NCBI GenBank assembly: GCA_038740245.1 | Contig: JAVYLZ010000015.1 | Span: forward strand, 1 to 14,524 | Source of the DNA: Candidatus Micrarchaeia archaeon | Lineage (GTDB): Archaea; Micrarchaeota; Micrarchaeia; CAILAH01 | Reading direction: 5' to 3' | DNA length: 14,524 nt | In this document: in pieces, positions 6,153 through 14,524 of the stretch | Layout of the letters: each line of letters opens with the position of its first letter | How positions within the stretch are numbered: the first letter of the stretch is position 1 | Program-made: the position numbers and the translations under genes | Notes under the pieces: model-generated | The model's database searches: none | What the model was told of the DNA's origin: nothing | What the model saw: the letters and a program-made list of their open reading frames with translations, nothing else

Positions 6153-7000
6153 ACCTCAAACCTCGGCCTTGAACTCTCAATCATCGTCAAGAATGTGTAT
6201 TGCATCAGCAGCACCAGCAGCAGTGCGCCAAACAGGAATGCCGGGCTCAGCACCACACCGGTGAACGTAAATATCGTAACGAACAGCGTGACCCCCAGTG
6301 AAGGCATAATTATGCCGAACAGCATGTAAAACATGCCAAGGGGGTTAAGCTTCTGGCCGTATGCCTTTATCTCAATGAGCTGCTCCTGCGACATCTGGTC
6401 AAGTATGGTTTCCAGTGCAACCGCAACATCTGAGCCGGAGCGTATTGAGTTTACAATCTGCAGCACGAGGCGCTTGAATGGCTTTGAGGGGGTTTCCTCG
6501 GCCACATCCTCCATCGCAACATCAAGCGGGACACCAAGGTTTGTCTTGTCAACTATCTCCTTGAACGCCTTGCTCGCCTCGCCGTAATCCGAGGTCAGGT
6601 GCACTATTGCATCGTAAAGCGGTATGCCGCCGCGCACCTCAATGAGCAGCTGCCTGCCGGCAAACAGCAGGTCCTTGTCAATGTTGCGCTGGCGCGAGAG
6701 CATAACCACATCAACACGCCTCATCATAAACAGGAACACCACAACTGCAAGCAACGGCACCATTATGACGAGCCAGAGCAGGCTGCCGTTTGAAACTACC
6801 ATAAACAGCGCAATGCAAACAGAAAGTATGAGCGTAAGAAGCGCTGAGACAACAAGCACATCCTTGATATACTCGTTTTGGGTTTTCTTCATCTTTGCCA
6901 TGCGCAGCTTTTTGCGCAGGTCCGGGAAGAATGAGCCCAGGTACTCAACTAATGCATCAAGTGCAGAGCCTTCCTTCTTGCCTTTGCTTGCTTCAGGCAT
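6149..7000 (-). CDS. Type II secretion F-domain / TadC-like pilus assembly membrane protein
   Basis: IDKDLLFAGRQLLIEVRGGIPLYDAI...YGEASKAF...SGSDVAVALE is a T2SSF signature. ATGA overlap with the downstream paralog. Confidence 0.88.
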   Translation of the reverse strand: MPEASKGKKEGSALDALVEYLGSFFPDLRKKLRMAKMKKTQNEYIKDVLVVSALLTLILSVCIALFMVVSNGSLLWLVIMVPLLAVVVFLFMMRRVDVVMLSRQRNIDKDLLFAGRQLLIEVRGGIPLYDAIVHLTSDYGEASKAFKEIVDKTNLGVPLDVAMEDVAEETPSKPFKRLVLQIVNSIRSGSDVAVALETILDQMSQEQLIEIKAYGQKLNPLGMFYMLFGIIMPSLGVTLFVTIFTFTGVVLSPAFLFGALLLVLLMQYTFLTMIESSRPRFEV

Positions 7001-7032
7001 AAAACCACATTAGGGGATTTGCCGGGAAGTAA

Positions 7033-7040
7033 TTTAAATA
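7033..7040 (+). promoter_or_regulatory. TATA box for leaderless hisS, in the divergent spacer with the tadC-like pair
   Basis: TTTAAATA begins 28 nt before ATG 7061. Confidence 0.5.
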
Positions 7041-7060
7041 TGTTGTTATTAACTTATCGT

Positions 7061-8320
7061 ATGCCTCCCAAGTTTTCGCGTGCGCGCGGCATGCGCGACA
7101 TACTGCCTGAGGATGAGATAATATACAAGCGGCTTATTTCTGCGATTGAGAATGCATACCGGGCATACGGGTACGACCCTGTTTCACAGCCCGCAATTGA
7201 GCGGCTTGAGACACTGGAGGCAAAAAGCGGTGAGGGCATAACCTCGGAGATATTCAGAATTGATGACGGGGAACTTGGCCTGCGGTTTGACCTTACGGTA
7301 TCGCTTGCACGCCTGTATGCCGAGAACGCGGGGCTTGCACTCCCATTCAAAAGATACTGCATAGAGAAGGTGTGGCGCAGGGAGGAGCCGCAGTACGGGA
7401 GATACCGCGAATTCCTGCAAGCCGATGCAGACGTGCTGGGTGCACCGGGGGTTGAGTGCGAAGCCGAGCTGATTGCGTGCGCCTGCGACGTGCTTGGCAG
7501 TGTGGGCATAGAAAATTATGTGGTGCTAATAAACAGCCGCAAGCTGATGACCGGCGTGCTCCGGCATATCGGCGTGCCTTCCGATAAGATTGAAACTGCG
7601 ATACGCATAATTGACAAGCTGGACAAGAAAAGCGAGGCGGAGGTTGCGGCCGAGCTTTCCGTAAACGGGCTTGGCAACGGCAAGGAGATAATAGCGGCAT
7701 TCAAGCACGACCTTGAATACTATGAAAAGATTCCCGAGTGTGCCGAAGGTGCCGCAGATTTGCGCAGGCTTTTTGCACTGCTCAACGAGTACGGCCTCAA
7801 GAATTGCAGGTTTGAGCCCAGCATTGCGCGGGGGCTGGGGTATTACACAGGCACCGTTTACGAGATAAAAAGCGATGACCCCCAGCTGGGCACCATTGCA
7901 GCTGGCGGCAGGTATGACACGCTTATAGGCATTTATGCAGGCAGGGATGTGCCTGCGGCGGGGATATCTTTTGGTATTGACAGGATAGCAACACTGCTCA
8001 AGAAAAACGCCTCAGTGAAAACGCTAACAGATATAGTGCTCGTTAATGTAACGCCTAAGAATTACGGTGCGTGCATTAGAATGGCAAAGATGCTCCGCAA
8101 AAAAGGTGTTGCGGTCCGCATAGATCTTATGGGTAGGAACATGCGCAAGCAGCTTGAGTATGCCGCGTCACTGGGCGCACGATTTGTTGGGATAATAGGG
8201 GATAAAGAGGCCTCCGAGGGAAAAATGATGCTCAAGGACCTTTCAAGCGGCGGGCAGCTTGAAACTGATGCTGAAACTGCAGCAGAAAAAATAATTGCGG
8301 CGCGGACCATTAATTTTTAG
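7061..8320 (+). CDS. hisS: Histidine--tRNA ligase
   Basis: RGMRD, LRFDLT, WRREEPQYGRYREFLQAD (motif 2), RGLGYYTG, AAGGRYD, GISFGIDRI (motif 3), plus a C-terminal anticodon-binding domain. Start set to MPPKFSRARG. Confidence 0.97.
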   Translation: MPPKFSRARGMRDILPEDEIIYKRLISAIENAYRAYGYDPVSQPAIERLETLEAKSGEGITSEIFRIDDGELGLRFDLTVSLARLYAENAGLALPFKRYCIEKVWRREEPQYGRYREFLQADADVLGAPGVECEAELIACACDVLGSVGIENYVVLINSRKLMTGVLRHIGVPSDKIETAIRIIDKLDKKSEAEVAAELSVNGLGNGKEIIAAFKHDLEYYEKIPECAEGAADLRRLFALLNEYGLKNCRFEPSIARGLGYYTGTVYEIKSDDPQLGTIAAGGRYDTLIGIYAGRDVPAAGISFGIDRIATLLKKNASVKTLTDIVLVNVTPKNYGACIRMAKMLRKKGVAVRIDLMGRNMRKQLEYAASLGARFVGIIGDKEASEGKMMLKDLSSGGQLETDAETAAEKIIAARTINF

Positions 8321-8799
8321 GGGGATACGCGCACTGATGCCGTGCCAGTTGTGGTGTAAGTTTTACCGTCAAGGTTATACTCCATCACAACGCGCGCCTT
8401 CTCAATTGTGCCTACACGGAACCGTGAAGTGTCAACGTTGGTCACAACGATTTGTATGCCAGCGTTTGGACCCACCTCCCCGCCTATAGTGTAAGGTATC
8501 TCCTGGCCGGTGCTGAGGAAGGTTACTTTGCCCTGCGGACGGAGTATCTCATAGCCAAGACCGTTATGGAGAGTAAGCGTAAATGTGCGGCTGCTTTGGC
8601 TAAGCTGCATTGACTTGCACTGGAGGCTTGGCTGGAACATGCACTCCTCATTCATGTATTTCTGTGGGTCAAACACGCCAACGGAATACAGCACTGACAG
8701 CACAACCACTATGGCGATAAGCGCCCAGCCGTAAGTCATAAGGTATTCCATTGCGGCCTGCCCGCGCAATCCCCGTGAAGCCATGAATGGAATACGCAT
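8317..8799 (-). CDS. Archaeal type IV pilin-like protein with class III signal peptide
   Basis: LRG^QAAMEYLMTYGWALIAIVVVLSVL has a basic residue, a G/Q cleavage site, E at +5 and a hydrophobic helix. A Cys pair (C-x7-C) and a beta-rich domain follow. Start could be 8784. Confidence 0.85.
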   Translation of the reverse strand: MRIPFMASRGLRGQAAMEYLMTYGWALIAIVVVLSVLYSVGVFDPQKYMNEECMFQPSLQCKSMQLSQSSRTFTLTLHNGLGYEILRPQGKVTFLSTGQEIPYTIGGEVGPNAGIQIVVTNVDTSRFRVGTIEKARVVMEYNLDGKTYTTTGTASVRVSP

Positions 8800-8901
8800 T
8801 ATAAGTTAATAAATGTGGCGGCAGGCAGCGGGTTGGGGGCCGCACGCACCCCTTCTTGTAAGGTTAATAAAGGTGCGAGTTGAATATGCTTTGGTGGTGC
8901 A

Positions 8902-9195
8902 ATGGCATCTGTGCTGGGCAAGGAAATCAAACGCATACCAATTTACCAGGACACCGGCCCTGTAACCAAAGGGGAGCTTGTTGTTATGGAAGGGGGCATC
9001 GCGCTTGTAAACGGCAACCAGCGCCTTGAATTGCCGCGCAGCATGATTGAGGATGTGCATGTTGTCTCCCCAATGCCTTTGCTGCGGCATAAGATTGCGC
9101 TCAGCTACGTTGACTATATGGGTGCGCATACCACTGTTGAAATTGTAGTCCCGGAGAGGGATTACAGGCATATTGTGCAATGCATAAGAGGGTGA
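8902..9195 (+). CDS. Hypothetical protein, 97 aa (possible PH-like fold)
   Basis: GGTGGTG RBS. Beta-rich sequence with a C-terminal helix (GELVVMEGGIAL...LELPRSMIEDV...). Lies 4 nt upstream of the CBS gene. Confidence 0.65.
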   Translation: MASVLGKEIKRIPIYQDTGPVTKGELVVMEGGIALVNGNQRLELPRSMIEDVHVVSPMPLLRHKIALSYVDYMGAHTTVEIVVPERDYRHIVQCIRG

Positions 9196-9199
9196 AAGC

Positions 9200-10294
9200 A
9201 TGGAGTATGAGAGCGTAAGCCTTATGGATGCAAACGAGCCGGTATCTGCGGCCGTCGCAAAAATAATGCGCGGTGAGCCCTGCGTAATCGTCCTGAAAAA
9301 CGGGCACTATTACGGGATATTTGATGAGCTTGATGTGCGTGAGGTGGCTGACCCGTCCCGTGAAAAAGTTGGCAATCTGGCTGAGCGTGCACCGGTGATA
9401 ACAGAGAACATGGACACGCTTACCGCTGTTAGAATGTTCCTTGACGGGCGGTTTAAAACACTGCCCGTTGTCACTGAAGACGGGTACAAGGTTATCCGCA
9501 GGAACAAGCTGCTCAAGTATCTCCACAAGAACAAGATGCTGCCCAAGGCAACTGTGGGCGAGGTAATGACCATGCCCGTGCTCACGCTTGAGAGCAACGA
9601 GCCGGTCGGGCACGCGCGCGAGGTGATGCGCAAGAACAACGTGCGCAGGGTGGTTGTGACCGAGAATGGCAAGATTGCGGGCGTGCTTGCGATGCGCGAC
9701 ATAATTTCAATTGCCGAGGTGCCAACCGGCAGGCTGCCCTTCGTAAAGGAAAAGCACAGGTCGGATACGCTCCCAATAAAGAACTATATGAGGGAGGAAG
9801 TGTATATGCTTCCGCCGACCGCAAGCGTCTCAGAGGCGGTGCAACTGCTTCAGGACAGCGATGCGTCATCGGTTGTTGTTGCGGAGAAAGGCAGGCCGCT
9901 CGGCATTGTAAGCGTGCGTGACCTGTTTGAGGTGATCGCAACGCAAAAGAGCCAGCTGCCAATCTATTTCAGCGGTATGGACAGGCGGGATGAGGAGTAT
10001 ATGCCAGAAGTCCGCTCAACAATTGAGAGGGCTGTGGAAAAACTTGAGGACATTGCAAGGATTGAATACGTTGCGGTCCACTACAAAAAGCAGCGGTATA
10101 CGGGCCTGCGCAGCATGTACGAAGTCAAGGTGCGTGCAAAAAGCGACAGCATAGTCTCAGTATCCGCTTCAGACTGGGACATACGCAGCGCAACACAGAA
10201 GGCTGCACGCGAGCTTCTTGCAGTGTTCAAGAAGCAGGCCGGCAGGGCCCGCGCAAAAACCAATGCATGGGAGCGCGACCGCCGCCGTGAATAA
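9200..10294 (+). CDS. Four-CBS-domain protein with C-terminal HPF/RaiA-like domain; putative archaeal ribosome hibernation factor
   Basis: Two CBS pairs (e.g. VGEVMTMPVLTL...GKIAGVLAMRDI and IKNYMREEV...GRPLGIVSVRDL) followed by a beta-alpha-beta-beta-beta-alpha-like segment (PIYFSG...IERAVEKL...YEVKVR...SASDWDIRSATQKAARELL). Confidence 0.8.
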   Translation: MEYESVSLMDANEPVSAAVAKIMRGEPCVIVLKNGHYYGIFDELDVREVADPSREKVGNLAERAPVITENMDTLTAVRMFLDGRFKTLPVVTEDGYKVIRRNKLLKYLHKNKMLPKATVGEVMTMPVLTLESNEPVGHAREVMRKNNVRRVVVTENGKIAGVLAMRDIISIAEVPTGRLPFVKEKHRSDTLPIKNYMREEVYMLPPTASVSEAVQLLQDSDASSVVVAEKGRPLGIVSVRDLFEVIATQKSQLPIYFSGMDRRDEEYMPEVRSTIERAVEKLEDIARIEYVAVHYKKQRYTGLRSMYEVKVRAKSDSIVSVSASDWDIRSATQKAARELLAVFKKQAGRARAKTNAWERDRRRE

Positions 10295-10318
10295 GCACTT
10301 TTTTCTTAACTTCCCATT

Positions 10319-10753
10319 TTATTGGAGCACTGAAACCTCAACTGCCTCAACGGACTTGCTAATCCTTATGCCGCGCACGCCCGCACCCTCAAAAGCAACC
10401 TCCCCTGCCTTTTGGTCGCCCTTCTTTAGCTTGACCTGGCTCTTCAGGTTAGTAACACGGATTACGGATGTGCCGTCTGCAAGCGTGTATACCAGGTGGC
10501 CGGTATCCTTGACATAGGAGAGGTTTCCGGCCGGGAAGTACAGGTAAAGCGTTGTTTCGGTGCCAGCACCGTATGCAGAGGCAGCCTCAAACGCCCCCGC
10601 AAGGCGGGACAGCGAGCGCTCAGTTTGCGATACCTCGGAATACCTGTTGAAATCCACTAGAAGCGGGTAGACCGCATATATAAGCGCGAAAATTAGCACC
10701 ACTGCAAAGCCAATCACAATGAGCGTTTCAACGCTTGCCTGTGCACGGGACAT
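10319..10753 (-). CDS. Pilin-like protein with class III signal peptide
   Basis: MSRA^QASVETLIVIGFAVVLIFALI has an RAQ cleavage motif, E at +5 and a hydrophobic stretch. Confidence 0.82.
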   Translation of the reverse strand: MSRAQASVETLIVIGFAVVLIFALIYAVYPLLVDFNRYSEVSQTERSLSRLAGAFEAASAYGAGTETTLYLYFPAGNLSYVKDTGHLVYTLADGTSVIRVTNLKSQVKLKKGDQKAGEVAFEGAGVRGIRISKSVEAVEVSVLQ

Positions 10754-10826
10754 AGTGCTATATTCCGCATATCAAAATAAAAAGGTTTCAGGATGGAAAT
10801 ACCTGTTGCCGAAAGGTGTTTTGCTC

Positions 10827-13181
10827 ATGGAAAGGTATGACAGGAAGATTGAGGAACGGATCGCCGAAGAATGGGTCCGTGATGAAATATACAAGTTCAA
10901 CGAGGGGGCCGGCCCGCTTTACATCATAGACACACCGCCCCCGTTTACCTCAGGGAAACTGCACATGGGCCACGTGCTCAGTTATTCACTGTTTGATTTT
11001 GCCGCGCGGTTCAAGCGGATGACAGGCTACTCAGTGCTTTACCCGCAGGGGTGGGACACGCAGGGGTTCCCGACGGAAGTTAAGGTTGAGGCCAAGTTCG
11101 GGAAGGGCCTGCCGCGGGAGCAGTTCGTTGCGCACTGTGTTGAGTGGACCAAGGAGTATATTGCCACTATGCGTGCGCAGATGCAACGGATGGGCTTTTC
11201 AGCAGACTGGTCCCGTGAATACATCACAATGTCCCCTGAATACCATAAAAAGGTGCAAAAATCGCTGCTGATTATGCACAGGGACGGCCACGTGTACAAG
11301 GGGTCGCACCCAACGTTCTGGTGCACTGAATGCGTGAGCGCAATCGCCAAATCTGAGACGGAGGATGCTGAGAGGGATACAAAGCTCAACCATCTTGTAT
11401 TCACGCTGGAATCCGGCGAGCCGCTCATAATCGCGACCACGCGGCCAGAATACCTGCACGCGTGCGTTGCCGTGCTCGTGCATCCTGATGATGAAAGGTA
11501 TAGGGGCATTGTTGGAAAAAAGATTGCTACACCTCTGGGAAAGCAAGTCCCAATACTTTCAGATGTTGATGTTGACAAGGAATTCGGCACTGGGGCAGTG
11601 ATGGTGTGCACATTCGGCGACAAGCAGGATGTGGTGTGGGCATACCGGCATAACCTCCCCATAATTGATGCCATTGATGAAGTTGGCAGGCTAAAAAATG
11701 CGGGTGAGTTTACCGGCCTGCGCGTGGCCGCGGCACGCGAGAAGGTGCTTGAGAAGCTTAATGCGGAGGGCAAGGTGGTTAAGGTTGAGCCGCTCAGGCA
11801 AGTTGTTAAGGTGCACGACAGGTGCAAAAAGGCGGTGGAGCTTAAGGTTTCTGACCAGTGGTTCTGCAGGCTTACGGGCTACCAGCGGGACATCATAAAA
11901 GCGGCGGACCAGATGAAGTGGATACCTGAATTCACAAAGCAGTACCTGGTTGACTGGACCAACTTCGTTGAGTGGGACTGGGTTATATCGCGGCAGAGGC
12001 ATTTCGGAACACCGCTGCCGTTTTACGTATGCAAAAAATGCGGGGCAAGCAAGCCTGCCGATGAAAATGAGCTGCCTTTCAGGCCTGAGAACGCACGCAG
12101 GGATGTTAAATGCGCGTGCGGGGAACTGATGGAGCCGGAGCAGAGCACGTGCGACTGCTGGGTGGACTCAAGCATCACGCCACTTGTGATTGCCGGGTGG
12201 CCTGAGAAAGGATGGGAAAAATATTACCCGTCTACACTGAGGCCGCAGGGCATTGAGATTATCCGCTCATGGGCGTTTTACACAATATACAGGTGCCTGC
12301 TGCTTACCGGGAAGCCGCCGTTTAAGGAAATGCTGCTGAACGGCAACGTGCTCGGGCCGGACAACCGCAAGATGAGCAAGTCGCTGGGCAATATCGTGGA
12401 CCCGGGCGAGCTCGTTGAGCAGTATTCAGCTGATGCGGTGCGCCTCTGGGTTGCGCTGAGCGGTGCGTCCACACGCGACAGGCCGTTCAACTACCAGGAG
12501 ATGAAATTTGCGCAGTCATTCATAAACAAGGTGTGGAACGCCGCCAACTTCGTTGAGATGTCAACAAAGGATTACACGGCCGGCGAAACTGCACCCAACA
12601 TAGCAGATAAATGGATTCTCTCACGTCTTGAAAATGCAAAACGCAAGGCCATCTCCGCATATAATGAGTATGACTACTTCAACGCGATGAACGCTATGCA
12701 GAACTTCTTCTGGCATGATTTCTGCGACAATTACCTTGAGTTTGCCAAGCACAGGATTTACGGGCAGGATGAAAAATCCAAGAGGGCTGCACAGGAGACG
12801 CTCTACACCGTGCTAAACGAATCGCTCAAGCTGATGGCGCCGGTGATGTCCTTCACAACAGAAGCCATATACAAGGAACTCTTTGCTTCAAGGGAAGGCA
12901 CGAAGAGCATACACATGTGCAGAATGCCCGCTGAAAAGCCAGAGAGGATGAATGATGAGGCGGAGGCACTTGGCGATACACTCGTGGAAGTCGTCTCAGC
13001 GCTCCGCAAGTACAAGAGCACCCGCAAGATGTCATTAAAAGAAAGGATACCCTCAATTAAAATCTCGGTGCCGGGTGAGAGAATCGGGCATGCACTTGCA
13101 CTCGCAGAAGATGTAAAGAGTATAGGCCTTGTTGACAGCATTGATTTTGTTGAAGGCGGTCAGGTCGCGGTGGTTGAGTAG
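10827..13181 (+). CDS. valS: Valine--tRNA ligase (archaeal type)
   Basis: IDTPPPFTSGKLHMGH (HIGH), GWDTQGFPTE, ATTRPE editing motif, GTGAVMVCTFGD, DWVISRQR, KMSKSLGN. Start set to MERYDRKIE, with AGGTG upstream. Confidence 0.96.
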   Translation: MERYDRKIEERIAEEWVRDEIYKFNEGAGPLYIIDTPPPFTSGKLHMGHVLSYSLFDFAARFKRMTGYSVLYPQGWDTQGFPTEVKVEAKFGKGLPREQFVAHCVEWTKEYIATMRAQMQRMGFSADWSREYITMSPEYHKKVQKSLLIMHRDGHVYKGSHPTFWCTECVSAIAKSETEDAERDTKLNHLVFTLESGEPLIIATTRPEYLHACVAVLVHPDDERYRGIVGKKIATPLGKQVPILSDVDVDKEFGTGAVMVCTFGDKQDVVWAYRHNLPIIDAIDEVGRLKNAGEFTGLRVAAAREKVLEKLNAEGKVVKVEPLRQVVKVHDRCKKAVELKVSDQWFCRLTGYQRDIIKAADQMKWIPEFTKQYLVDWTNFVEWDWVISRQRHFGTPLPFYVCKKCGASKPADENELPFRPENARRDVKCACGELMEPEQSTCDCWVDSSITPLVIAGWPEKGWEKYYPSTLRPQGIEIIRSWAFYTIYRCLLLTGKPPFKEMLLNGNVLGPDNRKMSKSLGNIVDPGELVEQYSADAVRLWVALSGASTRDRPFNYQEMKFAQSFINKVWNAANFVEMSTKDYTAGETAPNIADKWILSRLENAKRKAISAYNEYDYFNAMNAMQNFFWHDFCDNYLEFAKHRIYGQDEKSKRAAQETLYTVLNESLKLMAPVMSFTTEAIYKELFASREGTKSIHMCRMPAEKPERMNDEAEALGDTLVEVVSALRKYKSTRKMSLKERIPSIKISVPGERIGHALALAEDVKSIGLVDSIDFVEGGQVAVVE

Positions 13182-13250
13182 GGGGTCTGCATTGCAGGCT
13201 GGGCCCCGTACATCCGCTCATGCTCATAGCATCCAATGCAATGTGGTTAG

Positions 13251-14336
13251 ATGATTCCCGGGATACACATAAACACGTTCGCTGAAATGCTGCTGCACCT
13301 TGGGCTCAGCGGCCTGCCGGGAATTGTGCTGCTCTACATATTTTACGGGATTGCGGCTGCGCTTGACTCAATTTATTCCGTCGCGCTCAACATACCTGAC
13401 GGTGCAACAGGGATAGCACCGGCAGCATCGCAGAGGATGGCTGCGCAGGGGATGCTCGGGCGGGCGGTCTATATGTATCTTGCGGGTGGCGTTATAGGGG
13501 CGGTTGCATCGCTTCTCCTCATCCCAATCATTATGTTCGCATTCCCAACCATACAGCCGGCAGTACAGGAGAATATGTTCATTGCGCTTGCGCTCGCAAC
13601 CACATATTTCCTGCTCAAGGATTTCAAGTGGGAATGCCTTGCAGTATTCATTGCATCAGGCATTTTTGGCGTATGGGCGTTTGGGGCGGGGGAGAACCTG
13701 ATATTCCCGATGTTCGTGGGGTTCTTTACGCTGCCTATGCTGATGGTGCGCACCGCAAGCGCACCCGTTGAGCCGCAGCACAGGGTAAAGGTTGGCCTGC
13801 GCGTCCCGCTCATATCTGCAATTGCAACTGCGTGCGCCTATCTCATTCCCGGCATGGCCACACCCACTATAATAATTGTGCTTGCAGGGGCGTTCGCATC
13901 AATACGCGAGGATGAGTTTGTGGCTGCTCTGGGTGCGATAAATGCCTCAAACATCGCCTACTCAATACTTATGACGGATATAATCGGCAAGGCGCGCACG
14001 GGTGTGGCGATTGTGGCGCTTGAGATGCACCACGCACTGTTCGGCGAGCACCTGCTTGCCGCACTTGCCGGAGTTATTGCATTCTCGGCCGCGGCATTCC
14101 TGCTTTCACGGGCGATACCTTCCGCAGTTTCGTTCTTCTCAACATTCAACAACCCCGTGTTAAAGCTCATAATCGCAATCTACCTATGTGTGCTCATCTG
14201 GCTGCTTACCGGACCGCCCGGAATTCTTGTTGCGGGGGTTGCATGCGTGCTCGGCACCGCCACGCTGCTCATAGGCGCACACCGCACATCACTTATGGGC
14301 AGCATTATCGTTGGTGCACTGCTTTATTACGCATAA
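13251..14336 (+). CDS. TctA/DUF112-like (tripartite tricarboxylate transporter permease family) membrane protein
   Basis: IPGIHINT, LNIPD....IAPA.QRM..QG.LG.A and GKARTG motifs typical of archaeal TctA-like proteins. Many transmembrane segments. Confidence 0.78.
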   Translation: MIPGIHINTFAEMLLHLGLSGLPGIVLLYIFYGIAAALDSIYSVALNIPDGATGIAPAASQRMAAQGMLGRAVYMYLAGGVIGAVASLLLIPIIMFAFPTIQPAVQENMFIALALATTYFLLKDFKWECLAVFIASGIFGVWAFGAGENLIFPMFVGFFTLPMLMVRTASAPVEPQHRVKVGLRVPLISAIATACAYLIPGMATPTIIIVLAGAFASIREDEFVAALGAINASNIAYSILMTDIIGKARTGVAIVALEMHHALFGEHLLAALAGVIAFSAAAFLLSRAIPSAVSFFSTFNNPVLKLIIAIYLCVLIWLLTGPPGILVAGVACVLGTATLLIGAHRTSLMGSIIVGALLYYA

Positions 14337-14361
14337 TAATTTTAGCTTGGATATCCTAGCA

Positions 14362-14524
14362 ATGGATAAGCAGGTGCTTAAGGGGACCGCAATACTGGTT
14401 GCGGCACTGATATTGCCCATCATCATATTCCTATTCTGGGGTGATATCGCCGCATATGACTGGGCGGCGCTAGGCTACTTTGGAGTGTTTGCAGTAATGC
14501 TCATAACCAGCGCGACAATAATAC
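14362..14524 (+). CDS. Partial DedA/VTT (SNARE-associated)-like membrane protein running off the right edge
   Basis: MDKQVLKGTAILVAALILPIIIFLFWGDIAAYDWAALGYFGVFAVMLITSATII. The LGYxGVF...SATII pattern matches the N-terminus of DedA-like proteins. Confidence 0.65.
   Translation, partial: MDKQVLKGTAILVAALILPIIIFLFWGDIAAYDWAALGYFGVFAVMLITSATII

Noticed and set aside
5233..13141. Long antisense ORFs (e.g. 5233-6030, 7054-7509, 9101-9613, 11039-11827)
   Set aside because: These are shadow frames opposite well-supported genes, with Ser/Thr/Ala-rich composition and no motifs.

Overview
Archaeal chromosomal window, most likely from a DPANN lineage (Micrarchaeota-like; inferred from gene content, TATA-driven leaderless starts and class III signal-peptide pilins). 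Protein genes: a small Zn-ribbon protein, endonuclease III, a degenerate DHH/DHHA1-like protein, a GNAT-like protein, a GT2 glycosyltransferase, a 2Fe-2S ferredoxin, two TadC/FlaJ-like pilus platform proteins, hisS, two pilin-like proteins, a CBS+HPF-like putative ribosome hibernation factor, valS, a TctA-like permease and a partial DedA-like gene. The most unusual feature is hidden from the ORF track. Three minus-strand tRNA genes (Leu-TAG 359-572, Gln-TTG 3228-3555, Thr-TGT 4693-5048) are each interrupted by two long introns, one in the anticodon loop and one in the T-loop (53-218 nt, 669 nt in total). The introns are built from a shared set of short palindromic hairpins, mostly GC-NNN-GC with purine loops on the template strand. 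The same hairpins fill a long 5' leader of tRNA-Leu, which also carries a copy of the tRNA's own 5' end.
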